Positions 29,994 through 39,086 of a stretch of DNA of 64,000 nucleotides are shown here, one piece after another. Numbering within the stretch: position 1 is the stretch's first letter; each line of letters begins with the position of its first letter. Under the pieces are notes generated by a model, which saw only the letters and a list, made by a program, of their open reading frames with translations, was not told the DNA's origin and searched no databases. The DNA is from Acidobacteriota bacterium (lineage in GTDB: Bacteria > Acidobacteriota > UBA6911 > RPQK01 > JAJDTT01). A program made the translations under genes and the position numbers. The DNA is taken from the NCBI GenBank assembly GCA_965209055.1, contig OZ242374.1, forward strand, positions 5,536,001 to 5,600,000, in the 5' to 3' direction.

Positions 29994-31331
29994 ATGGTCG
30001 AACCTGCATTCTATCCACGTCATGCCGAGCGATTGCTGACCGAAGCGCTGGAGGATTCGCCCGTCGTCCTGATCCAAGGCCCGCGCCAGTGCGGCAAGAC
30101 GACGCTCGCCCAGAGGGTGTGTGCTCCGAAACATCTGGCTTTGCACGGTCGTCCAAAGAGTATCCTGGTCCCCGGACGGCGGGACTACACTTATGTCAAC
30201 TTCGACGACGACGATGCCCGCGCCGGCGCTCAGGCTGACCCCATCGGCTTTGTCGCTGATCTTCCCGAACGCGTCATCCTGGACGAGATACAACGGGTCC
30301 CCGCACTCTTTACCGCTTTGAAGATGGAGGTCGATCGCAGACGGATTCCGGGCCGTTTCGTTTTGACAGGCTCGACCAATGTACTCCAGGTTCCGACGAT
30401 CCAGGACTCTTTGGCGGGCCGGTTGGAAGTGGTCCGTTTGCATCCGCTGGCTCAATCTGAAATCGAAGGACGATCTGCTGCCGGTTTTACCGTGGACAGG
30501 TCTCCCGGGTTCCTTGACACCCTGTTCGGAGGACGGTTCACGATCCGGCCGATCGAACGGCTGGGCCGGAAATTGGCCGAACGCATCGTTTCCGGGGGAT
30601 ATCCTGCCGCGCTGGCTCGGCCGACCGGACGTCGGCGGACAAACTGGTACAGCAACTTCCTCGATGCGCAAACGCAGCGAGATGTCCCTGACCTGGCCCG
30701 TATCAGCACGCTGGAAGCGCTTCCGAGGCTGCTTACTTTGGCAGCCGTGCAAACGGCACAACTGTTCAACGTGAGCAACCTGGCCGCTCCGTTCCAGCTC
30801 AGCCGGCCGACCATACGAAACTACGTTGCACTGCTTGAAAGAGTATTCCTGTTGGAGAGGCTTTCGGCGTGGTACAGCAATCGTCTGAGCCGACTGATCA
30901 AGACACCGAAGCTCCATATCGGAGACACGGGTCTTGCCTGTGCGCTTCTTGGCGCGGACCCGGTCTCGCTCTCGGCCGACCGGACACTGCTGGGTCAACT
31001 GCTTGAGACTTTCGTCTTCCAGGAATTGAGGCGGCAAGCCAGTTGGCATCCGGTTCCCCTGCAGTTCTTCCACTACCGGGACAGAGACCAGGTCGAGGTG
31101 GACATCGTCATCGAGCGCGGGGCAATGGCAGTTGCGGCCGTGGAGATCAAGGCCGGAGCAACCGTCACCCAAGCAGACTTCCGAGGTCTCCGCAAGCTGA
31201 AAGCGGTACTGGGCAACCGTTTCGCCGGAGGTGTGGTCGTGTACGACGGAGAGATGTGCACCCGGTTTGGTGACCGTCTCTACGCCGTGCCGATCCGACT
31301 ACTCTGGGAAACACCGGTAGAGAGCGGCTGA
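29994..31331 (+). CDS. AAA_14 ATPase with DUF4143 / PD-(D/E)xK-like C-terminus
   Basis: Walker A GPRQCGKTT, Walker B ILDEIQ, LTGS, GGYP, KTPKLHIGDTGL, EVDIVIE...AVEIK. Confidence 0.9.
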   Translation: MVEPAFYPRHAERLLTEALEDSPVVLIQGPRQCGKTTLAQRVCAPKHLALHGRPKSILVPGRRDYTYVNFDDDDARAGAQADPIGFVADLPERVILDEIQRVPALFTALKMEVDRRRIPGRFVLTGSTNVLQVPTIQDSLAGRLEVVRLHPLAQSEIEGRSAAGFTVDRSPGFLDTLFGGRFTIRPIERLGRKLAERIVSGGYPAALARPTGRRRTNWYSNFLDAQTQRDVPDLARISTLEALPRLLTLAAVQTAQLFNVSNLAAPFQLSRPTIRNYVALLERVFLLERLSAWYSNRLSRLIKTPKLHIGDTGLACALLGADPVSLSADRTLLGQLLETFVFQELRRQASWHPVPLQFFHYRDRDQVEVDIVIERGAMAVAAVEIKAGATVTQADFRGLRKLKAVLGNRFAGGVVVYDGEMCTRFGDRLYAVPIRLLWETPVESG

Positions 31332-31416
31332 CTCTTCATCGAATACCGATTCTTGGCGTGATTTCCGCCTGGTGGGTCGTAGTAGACTGGGCGCTCAAAA
31401 GGCAAGAGGAAAAAGC

Positions 31417-32859
31417 ATGCGAATTGTTGGGAAATTGCTGATCCTGCTCGGTCTGCTGGCGACTTCCGCCTGCTCGCCGACACCGGAGGTCCGGGAACCG
31501 CTCGACGTGGGAAACCGCCGCCAGCTGCTGCTGGACGAGTCGTGGTTCGACCACAGCGAGGGCGTTGAGCTGACCCTGCACCGGCCGGTTCCCCGCGAAT
31601 CCGTGATTCGGTGCGAACGTCCCTGGGAGGGGAAGAGCCTCCACTACACGTCCGTTCTGGAGGACGGCGACCGGTTTCGCATTTGGTACCGGGTCTCCAT
31701 CGGAGATCCTCGCGTCGACACTCCCGGGGACACGGTGCTGACCTGCTATGCCGAGAGCCGGGACGGGATCGTCTGGGAGAAACCGAATCTGGGGCGATTT
31801 GAATTCGAGGGCTCCACGGACAACAACATCCTGGGGGCGCCCGAGGACTTCACCAACATCAGCGTCCTGCTGGACCCGAATCAGGATCCGGGGAGCAGCA
31901 CCCGCTACAAGATGATCTCCCGGGTCAACGGCATCTCCGGGTTCGTCTCTCCCGACGGCATCCGATGGACGCCGGTGGCAACGAATCCCCTGTTGTCCAA
32001 CGGCCCCTTCGACAGCCACAACACTCTGCTCTGGGACGACGAACGGGAGCGCTACGTCATCTATCTCAGGGGGGTCGACCCGTCGGTGCCCGGAGCGTTC
32101 AAAGGGGGCCGCCGGGCCATCCGCCGGTCCGAGTCCTCCGATTTTCTCCACTGGACCGAACCGAAGCTGGTTTTCACCGCCGACGAGCAGGATCCTCCCG
32201 ACTTCCATCTCTACACCAACGCGGCGGTCAAGTATTCCCGGGCCGCTTCCGCCTTCTTCATGTTTCCCATGATTCTGTATACCGACCGGTCGTATCCGGG
32301 CGCTCCGTACCCGGGCCTTTCCGACGTGCGGTTCGCCTACAGCCGGGACGGCATCCGGTGGGAGAGGACCTTTCGGGAGCCTTACCTGACCCCGGGGCCG
32401 GACGAGCGCAACTGGCTGGACCGCAATCCCATTGTGGGGCAGGGTGTGATCCGGACCGGTCCCGGGGAACTCTCCCTCTACTACTCGGATCTCTACCGGG
32501 ACCGGGAGAGCCGGATCCGGCGGGCCACGCTTCGCACCGACGGCTTCGTCTCGGTGGACGGGCCCTACGAAGGCTGGGGTGAATTCACGACTCGTCCTCT
32601 GCTCTTCCGGGGCAAGGAACTGGAGCTGAACTACAAGACCAGCAGCGGAGGCGCCATACAGGTGGAGATCCGGAACCAGCAGGGTGAGGCGTTGGACGGA
32701 TTCCGCCTGGAAGACGGCCTTCCCCTGGTCGGCGATCGCATCGGCGGCGTGGTGCAATGGAAGTCCGGCGCCGACCTCTCCAGCCTGGCCGGCATTCCCG
32801 TCCGGTTGCGGGTGCGCCTGAGGGACGCGGAAATCTATGCGTTTCGATTTCGTCCCTGA
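31417..32859 (+). CDS. hypothetical lipoprotein, glycoside hydrolase-like beta-propeller
   Basis: Lipobox LATSAC, repeated S.DGI.W (Asp-box-like) motifs, LRTDGFVSV. Confidence 0.65.
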   Translation: MRIVGKLLILLGLLATSACSPTPEVREPLDVGNRRQLLLDESWFDHSEGVELTLHRPVPRESVIRCERPWEGKSLHYTSVLEDGDRFRIWYRVSIGDPRVDTPGDTVLTCYAESRDGIVWEKPNLGRFEFEGSTDNNILGAPEDFTNISVLLDPNQDPGSSTRYKMISRVNGISGFVSPDGIRWTPVATNPLLSNGPFDSHNTLLWDDERERYVIYLRGVDPSVPGAFKGGRRAIRRSESSDFLHWTEPKLVFTADEQDPPDFHLYTNAAVKYSRAASAFFMFPMILYTDRSYPGAPYPGLSDVRFAYSRDGIRWERTFREPYLTPGPDERNWLDRNPIVGQGVIRTGPGELSLYYSDLYRDRESRIRRATLRTDGFVSVDGPYEGWGEFTTRPLLFRGKELELNYKTSSGGAIQVEIRNQQGEALDGFRLEDGLPLVGDRIGGVVQWKSGADLSSLAGIPVRLRVRLRDAEIYAFRFRP

Positions 32860-32935
32860 CCGTCTCGCGGGAGCATCTCTCAAGCCGTTTGCCGCCCGTT
32901 GTGGACCGGCATTCCAACCCACCAGGAGTTGAGCC

Positions 32936-34108
32936 ATGAAGATCTCGGACATCAAGGTGGACACTTTCCGCTACCGGACCCAGTGGTATCGGGACTACGA
33001 GGGCCATTCCTGTGCCGGAGCAGAGCGTTGGACCACCAACAACATGCTGACGATCCGGACCGACGAGGGAGCCGAGGGCTATTTTTTTGCCGGACCCTCC
33101 CAGGGGGTCGTGGACTCCCTGATCAAGCCGGCCCTGCTGGGTCAGGACCCCTTTTTCCGGGAGAAGATCTGGCAACGGATGCGGCGGATGCAGAAGCTCA
33201 CCAATTCCCTGCCCGACATGATGATCGCCCACGTCGACTGCGCCCTCTGGGACCTGGCCGGACGTTTTCTGCAGATCCCGGTCTACAAGATGATCGGCGC
33301 CGCGCGGACCCGGATTCCCGCCTATGCCAGCATCAATGCGGGCGACAACATCCCGGGGGGCCTCAGCAGCCCGGAGGATTACGCGCGATTCTCGGAGGAG
33401 TTGGTGCGGGACGGTTTCAAGGCCATCAAGCTGCACACCTGGATGTCCCCCCTGCCCGGCGCACCCGACGTCAAGCGGGACGTGGCCGCCTGCGCCGCGG
33501 TCCGCGAAGCCGTCGGGCCGGAAATCACCCTCATGCTGGATCCCCACCACCACTACGACCGGATCGAGGCGCTCTACCTCTCCAGGGAGATCGAGAAACT
33601 GGGTTTTCTCTGGATCGAGGAACCCATGAACGAGTACAGCATGTCCTCCTACGTCTGGCTCAACGGCAAGCTGGACATGGCGGTGCTGGGACCGGAGAAC
33701 CTGGAAGGCAGCTACCAGTCCCGGGCGGAGTGGGTGATGAACGGAGCCTCCGACATGCTGCGGGGCGGCACCGGCGAAGTGGGGGGCATCACGCCGATTC
33801 TGAAGCTGATCCACCTGGCCCAGGCCTTCAACCTCAGGATGGAGGTGCATGGCGGCGGTCCGCACAACATGCACGTCCTGTGCACCATGGACAACGGCTG
33901 GTTCTACGAGTGGGGACTGCTTCATCCCATGGTCGAACGCTATCGTCCCTTTCCGTGGCAGAAGACCCTCTACGATCCGATTGACGAGGAGGGCTGCGTC
34001 CGGGTCCCCGAGCGTCCCGGCCTGGGGGACGACATCGATTTCGACTACGTCCGGGAACACACTGTCGACGAAGGAGCAGTCGGCGGGGGAGCACCCGACG
34101 TGTATTGA
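32936..34108 (+). CDS. mandelate racemase / muconate lactonizing enzyme family (enolase superfamily)
   Basis: DCALWDLAGR, GFKAIKLH, LMLD, WIEEP, EVHG, PERPGLG. Confidence 0.9.
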   Translation: MKISDIKVDTFRYRTQWYRDYEGHSCAGAERWTTNNMLTIRTDEGAEGYFFAGPSQGVVDSLIKPALLGQDPFFREKIWQRMRRMQKLTNSLPDMMIAHVDCALWDLAGRFLQIPVYKMIGAARTRIPAYASINAGDNIPGGLSSPEDYARFSEELVRDGFKAIKLHTWMSPLPGAPDVKRDVAACAAVREAVGPEITLMLDPHHHYDRIEALYLSREIEKLGFLWIEEPMNEYSMSSYVWLNGKLDMAVLGPENLEGSYQSRAEWVMNGASDMLRGGTGEVGGITPILKLIHLAQAFNLRMEVHGGGPHNMHVLCTMDNGWFYEWGLLHPMVERYRPFPWQKTLYDPIDEEGCVRVPERPGLGDDIDFDYVREHTVDEGAVGGGAPDVY

Positions 34109-34217
34109 GGAATGCGGGCCAAGTCCGGTTCTTTCTAGATTCCGGGCGGCGTGGTCATGAACGGGACCATGCGTCTCGCGATTTCGCCCCGAAGTTGAAT
34201 TTCCTTCAGGGAGCAAG

Positions 34218-35426
34218 CTACGAGGTCATTCTCTGCGGAAACAATCCCGGCATCCAGCGGTGGGCGAGAGTCGCCGGAAACGCGAGCTTCAGAGGACCGC
34301 GGGTGCTTGCGGAGGTCAAAACGCCGCAGTCGAGCAGGGCCGAGGTGATCCGCCGGGCGTGGCGCCGGCCGACACCCAGGACCCTCGGCGCATGGCTCCG
34401 GGGAAGCTCTCCGCGAATGAGAACCGCCTCGAGCGCGGCGTCGGCGCGCGGGGGAAGCCGTTTCCCCCGAATCTCTTCCTCAGCCCAAACCAGAATACGT
34501 CCTCGAAGCCGGCTGGGCTGAATGAGACGCTCCATGAAATCGACTTGATCGATGCAGGTGGTCAGGAAGTATGCCGTGAATTCCATCAGGGCCGCTTCGC
34601 TCAAATGGCCCCGCCCGTCGAGATCATTGCGGCGGGTCTGGTCGCAGGCAGCAAGGTGCGCCTCATATGCGCCCTCGCTACGAGCCAGGCCTCTTGCCAC
34701 CGACCAGACGCCACCGGTATTCAGTGTTTCCCGCAGAACGGCATGGGACATCAGCCGCGCGACCCGGCCATTGCCATCCAGAAACGGGTGGACCCACAGT
34801 AAGCGGTGATGGGCGGTCGCAGCTGCCAGAATCGCGTCGGTCTTGCCCAGGTTCGAATAAGCGCTTTCGAACCGGGCCAGGAATCGAGGGATCGCACCCG
34901 GGCTGACGGGAACATGTCGGCCCGCCTGTACGTCCCGCGTACGGATCTCCCCCGGAATGACCCGGATTTCCTCGCCGGATCGGGGATCGGTCAACCGGAG
35001 CAGGCTACTGGGCACCCGATCGCAGAACCGCCTGTGGATCTGACGCAAGCCCGCCGCTGTCAGGGCAACACCGTCGACTCCCCCGTCATCGATCCAGGTC
35101 TGAACGGCAATGTGCGCCTTGGCTTCAAGCTGCAGATTGCGCAATTTCGGATCGGTGCTGTAATCGTCTCTGAGGGCACGCTCGATATCGACCGGATGAG
35201 TGTCGTGACCTTCGATCAGGTTGCTGTAGTAGCAATTCATCGCCCGCACGAGATCGGCAAGCGAACCAGCAACTCCCCCCGGCAGGCTCCGCCGTAGCCC
35301 GGCCGCTTTGGCGGCCAGATCCACGGCGAAGTCACTCAGGCTGGAAATTTGCTTGGCCGTGTCGCTGGCGAGAAGCGGCTCCATCAGGCCAACACTCTCT
35401 CCGCGGTCGACAACGGTCTCTTTCAT
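34218..35426 (-). CDS. Fic family protein (class II-like)
   Basis: Canonical HPFLDGNGRVAR and an N-terminal inhibitory motif SNLIEG. Confidence 0.92.
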   Translation of the reverse strand: MKETVVDRGESVGLMEPLLASDTAKQISSLSDFAVDLAAKAAGLRRSLPGGVAGSLADLVRAMNCYYSNLIEGHDTHPVDIERALRDDYSTDPKLRNLQLEAKAHIAVQTWIDDGGVDGVALTAAGLRQIHRRFCDRVPSSLLRLTDPRSGEEIRVIPGEIRTRDVQAGRHVPVSPGAIPRFLARFESAYSNLGKTDAILAAATAHHRLLWVHPFLDGNGRVARLMSHAVLRETLNTGGVWSVARGLARSEGAYEAHLAACDQTRRNDLDGRGHLSEAALMEFTAYFLTTCIDQVDFMERLIQPSRLRGRILVWAEEEIRGKRLPPRADAALEAVLIRGELPRSHAPRVLGVGRRHARRITSALLDCGVLTSASTRGPLKLAFPATLAHRWMPGLFPQRMTS

Positions 35427-35650
35427 GTCCACTTTGATGTCCGGTTATTCTGCGTTTCGAAATCAATCATATCAGTACTTTAGACGTTTATTCACGTGAT
35501 CGGATCCGTTTTCATGTCCGGTTCTTCGTCCGCCCGTCCCGGTTCCGGCGCCCCGTTCAATCGCGGACGGACCCCTGTCCCGCAACTCCTGCGCCCGCTC
35601 GGAGTAGACTTGGCGTTCACGTAACGGGGACCGAAAGCACGGGAGGCGCA

Positions 35651-35715
35651 ATGCGTTTCGATTTCACATGGCAGGACGGGACGCCGGGTCCAACCGATGT
35701 CGAAATCGTGGAAAG
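35651..35715 (+). pseudogene. possible C-terminal relic of a HigB-type toxin
   Basis: RFDFTWQDGTPGPTDVEIVE resembles the HigB C-terminal R.CF.W.DG..GP..VEIVDYH. Very short match. Confidence 0.3.
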
Positions 35716-35796
35716 TAGGCGGACGAAACGGACTGGCCCCTTCTCGTCGGCCGATCCTGAAGGGGACGCCGGAGGTGTATTGAGGAATCCCTCCGG

Positions 35797-37761
35797 CTAG
35801 GATTGTCGTCCCAGGAAGCGGTCGAACCACTGGCACACCAGTTCGAAGTACTCCAGCCTGAAGACGTGCCGGCCCGGGGGCTGGTACACCTTGAAGTGAT
35901 CCGGCTTTCCGGCCGCGGCGTAGACGGGCTCGACCTGCCGGATCAGGCGGTCGACCCCGGCCTTGGGCATGTCCTCGTCTTCGGTGGGCGCCACCATCAT
36001 GAAGGGACGGGGGGCGATGCAACTGTTCACGATGTCCCAATGCTCGAAGTAGCGGAGCATGTGGGGGAGGTAGGCAAACGAACTGTGGCGTTCGGGCATG
36101 CCGTCGTGGATGTTGATGCGCAAGCTCCCCAGGCCGCCGCAGACGGAGGCGCCGGTTCGGATCCAGTCACCCAGCGCCATGCCCAGCCAGGTGGCCCAGC
36201 CACCCAGCGACATGCCGGCCAACCCGATGCGGTTGGCGTCGACTCCCTCCTGGGCGCCCAGTACCCGGGCCGCCCGAAGCACCTCGTCGGCGATGACACC
36301 GATCTGGGATCTGCCGTAAGGGATCAGCCTCCGGTTCTCCTCCTCCCAACGCCCCAGTGTGATGCGCCGCGTCTCGGCGCCCTTGGGAGTGAAGGTCAAC
36401 ATGGCGTAACCCCGGCGCGCCAGCTCCCGTCCCCAGCCGAAAAGGGGACCCTCGTCGGGCCGGGGCCGATGGTAGCGCTCGTGGGCGACGTGCTCGGCGG
36501 TGCTGCCCGTGCCGTTCATGCAGACCAGGCCGGCCAGCGGGCCTGACGGCTCCCGGGGGCGGATGAACCGGGCCGGGATCACCTCTCCCAGGTAGTTGGA
36601 GAAGGTGATGCGGCTCTCCCGCAGCCCTTCCTCCTGCTCCTCGCCTCCGGCCTCCCCGAGGGTGAAGTCGACGCGCCCGGGAATGCGGTCCAGCCCGATG
36701 AGCTCTCGAAACTTCTCCGGGACCCGGCTCAGGGGAAGGTCGACGGGAAACGCCGGCCGGATGTTCCGAGATACCGTCGGGGTCACGAGACCGTCTCCGG
36801 AGGGGGGCGAACCGGACTCCAGTTCGTTCCGGAACCCCATCTTCTCCGGCAGGATGCGCCGCCTCCGGATTCGCAACGGGATCCTGGGATCGGCGTCCGG
36901 GTCGGAGTCGGTCCGGGTCTCGCGGCTCAGGAACAGCGGAATGTCCTCCGCCCGGGGATTGGTCCGGTCATGCGCCTCCGGGAAGCTGCGCATGATGATT
37001 CTCTGCTCCCGGTTCAGGGTGGCGATCCATTCCGGATCGCACTGCCGCCGGTCTCCTTCCCAGAGCCAGGACGGACAGTAGCTGATGAAGATGTTCTTCC
37101 GCACCGTGTCGGTCTCGTTGACGTCCACCCGATGCCAGGTCCCGCAGTGCATGACGGTGATGGTCCCGGCGGGAACGCAGAGAGGCTCCTCGCCGGGAAC
37201 GCTCCGGTGCGTGTAGTAGTGCTCGAATTCCGGACTCTTGTGGCTGCCCGGCATGTAGATGAAGTTGGCCATTCCGGTGCGGGGCAGGCCGGTGAGCCAG
37301 TAGCCGATGCAGAGCCGCAGGGGAAGCACGGGCGAGAATGCGGCATAGGGAGTCGGCCGGGGCGAGTCGGGATGCCACATGCTCCGGTTCGTGTTCCGGG
37401 GCCGGACGAAGACGTCCGAACGCTGCACCTTCAACAGCTCGCCGTACAGATCGTAGCCGTACCCGACGTGACGGGGATGGTCGATGAGCTCGCTCAGGAC
37501 CGGGTCCGCCGTCACGGCGTTGGTGACCCGATAGTCCTGGCCGGGCCGGTAGTTCGGGTCCGATGCGCAGACCCGATCGATGGCTTCGACGTAGCGGTGC
37601 ACCTCCTCCTGGGACAGGGCGTTCCTGAAAACGAGCATTCCCCGTTCCAGGAACTCCTCCCACTGCTCCGGGGTGAAACCCGGCGGCGCCACTCGATAAC
37701 TCGTTTCGGTCACCACCGGGTTCCTGTTCGTCTCACCCCAGGCGGACTCCGGCCGTCGCAT
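35797..37761 (-). CDS. PhyH-like Fe(II)/2-oxoglutarate dioxygenase fused to alpha/beta hydrolase
   Basis: N-half has WHPD and TWHRV (HxD...H) and RKNIFISY. C-half has nucleophile elbow GMSLGG, IAPRP and GRHVF. Confidence 0.8.
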   Translation of the reverse strand: MRRPESAWGETNRNPVVTETSYRVAPPGFTPEQWEEFLERGMLVFRNALSQEEVHRYVEAIDRVCASDPNYRPGQDYRVTNAVTADPVLSELIDHPRHVGYGYDLYGELLKVQRSDVFVRPRNTNRSMWHPDSPRPTPYAAFSPVLPLRLCIGYWLTGLPRTGMANFIYMPGSHKSPEFEHYYTHRSVPGEEPLCVPAGTITVMHCGTWHRVDVNETDTVRKNIFISYCPSWLWEGDRRQCDPEWIATLNREQRIIMRSFPEAHDRTNPRAEDIPLFLSRETRTDSDPDADPRIPLRIRRRRILPEKMGFRNELESGSPPSGDGLVTPTVSRNIRPAFPVDLPLSRVPEKFRELIGLDRIPGRVDFTLGEAGGEEQEEGLRESRITFSNYLGEVIPARFIRPREPSGPLAGLVCMNGTGSTAEHVAHERYHRPRPDEGPLFGWGRELARRGYAMLTFTPKGAETRRITLGRWEEENRRLIPYGRSQIGVIADEVLRAARVLGAQEGVDANRIGLAGMSLGGWATWLGMALGDWIRTGASVCGGLGSLRINIHDGMPERHSSFAYLPHMLRYFEHWDIVNSCIAPRPFMMVAPTEDEDMPKAGVDRLIRQVEPVYAAAGKPDHFKVYQPPGRHVFRLEYFELVCQWFDRFLGRQS

Positions 37762-37792
37762 CGCGCCTACGCGAGGCTTTCACCACGGACTG

Positions 37793-39082
37793 TCAAGTCT
37801 TGGTTTTCTCTCTCACCAGGTCGTCACGGCTCAGGTGGACCCGGTCGAAGCTGTCGTCGGAGATGACGTAGTACCAGGCGGCGAAGCGGGCATTGAGCTG
37901 TTCGGAGCGCTCCCGCGCCGTCTCCACCTTCTCTTTGCGCTCCTCTTCCTCCGCCGGCAGGTTCTGCATGTCCTCGTCATTGAACGAGGCGCTGATGAAC
38001 AGGTAGCGGTTCTCACCGGGACCGCTCTCCTTGTCGTCACTGGATTCGCCGCCCGCGGTGACCGCGTCCCCCGACCCGTAGACCACCTCGCCGAAGCGGA
38101 GCGTATAAGTCACGCCGTCGGAGGTCAGCACAGTCATTTCCCCTTCGTTGGAGACCAGTGATCCCTGGCGGGTGAAATAGAACCCCTTGCTCTGGAGCGA
38201 CATCATGTCGCCCTGAGTGATTCTGGTCGAGCCCTCGGCCCGCATCAGGGTGCGGGACAGCCCCTCCGGCTTGGGCCGGACGCCCACGATGTTGAGCTCG
38301 TCGATGGACCGCATCAACTCGCTGGCCCGGTAGGTCTCCATCTCCTCGTCGGCGCGGAGCTTGTCCAAAGCCCAATCGCCCTCCTTCTTGGTCAGCACCA
38401 GCTTGCCGCGGCGATTCAGGGAGCCGGTGCGCTCGTTGATGGAGTAGTTCTCCAGAACGACCCGGACGATGTCGTCCTTCTCCAATTGCAGCAGGTCCTT
38501 CTCGATCCAGTCCTCGAACTTGGTGGAGGGCTCCACCGGCATCTGGGCCACGTAGACCCGCTTTTGCTCCGGCAATCGGACGAAGCGGAGGTTCTCCCGC
38601 TCCTGGACCTTCTTGCCCACGATCATATCGGCCAGGACCTCGTCCCCTTCCCCCTTGATGGTGACCCGGCGCCCCCGGCCCCGCAGGCTGGTCTCTCCCT
38701 CGTCCAGCGGGTCCAGCACTCCGCAGGCCTCATGGTCGGCGACGTTGTTGGACCGGAAGTCGTCCTTGCGCATCTCGATGATGCCGGCGGCCGTCTTGGC
38801 CAGGAGCTCCTTGCCGTCGGCGGGATATTCGTGGTGGGACGGGATGGTCCACTTGCCTCCCTCGGAGGTCACCTTGAAGGGGCGGGCCGAAGCCGTGTCC
38901 TCGTCGAAATCCACGACTTCCAAGGAGACCGCCACGTTGGGATCGGTGAACTCGGGGAAGAAGGCTTCGCCGACGTCCAGGAAGGCGTCGGGGGCGACCC
39001 GGCTGGGGACCGTCACCAATGCGACCAGCAGAATCAGGACGCCGCCGCCCAGGTAGCTCAAGGATCTGTTCGTTTCACTCAT
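37793..39082 (-). CDS. DUF4340 domain protein
   Basis: N-terminal anchor, W.IPSH..YPAD, and position downstream of a GldG-like gene. Confidence 0.65.
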   Translation of the reverse strand: MSETNRSLSYLGGGVLILLVALVTVPSRVAPDAFLDVGEAFFPEFTDPNVAVSLEVVDFDEDTASARPFKVTSEGGKWTIPSHHEYPADGKELLAKTAAGIIEMRKDDFRSNNVADHEACGVLDPLDEGETSLRGRGRRVTIKGEGDEVLADMIVGKKVQERENLRFVRLPEQKRVYVAQMPVEPSTKFEDWIEKDLLQLEKDDIVRVVLENYSINERTGSLNRRGKLVLTKKEGDWALDKLRADEEMETYRASELMRSIDELNIVGVRPKPEGLSRTLMRAEGSTRITQGDMMSLQSKGFYFTRQGSLVSNEGEMTVLTSDGVTYTLRFGEVVYGSGDAVTAGGESSDDKESGPGENRYLFISASFNDEDMQNLPAEEEERKEKVETARERSEQLNARFAAWYYVISDDSFDRVHLSRDDLVREKTKT

Positions 39083-39086
39083 GTTT

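Noticed and set aside
32837-35665. 15-bp direct repeat ATGCGTTTCGATTTC at 32837-32851 and 35651-35665 flanking the enolase-family and Fic genes
   Set aside because: A 15-mer match somewhere in 64 kb is expected by chance at order one. One copy lies within a coding 3' end and there is no other sign of an att pair.
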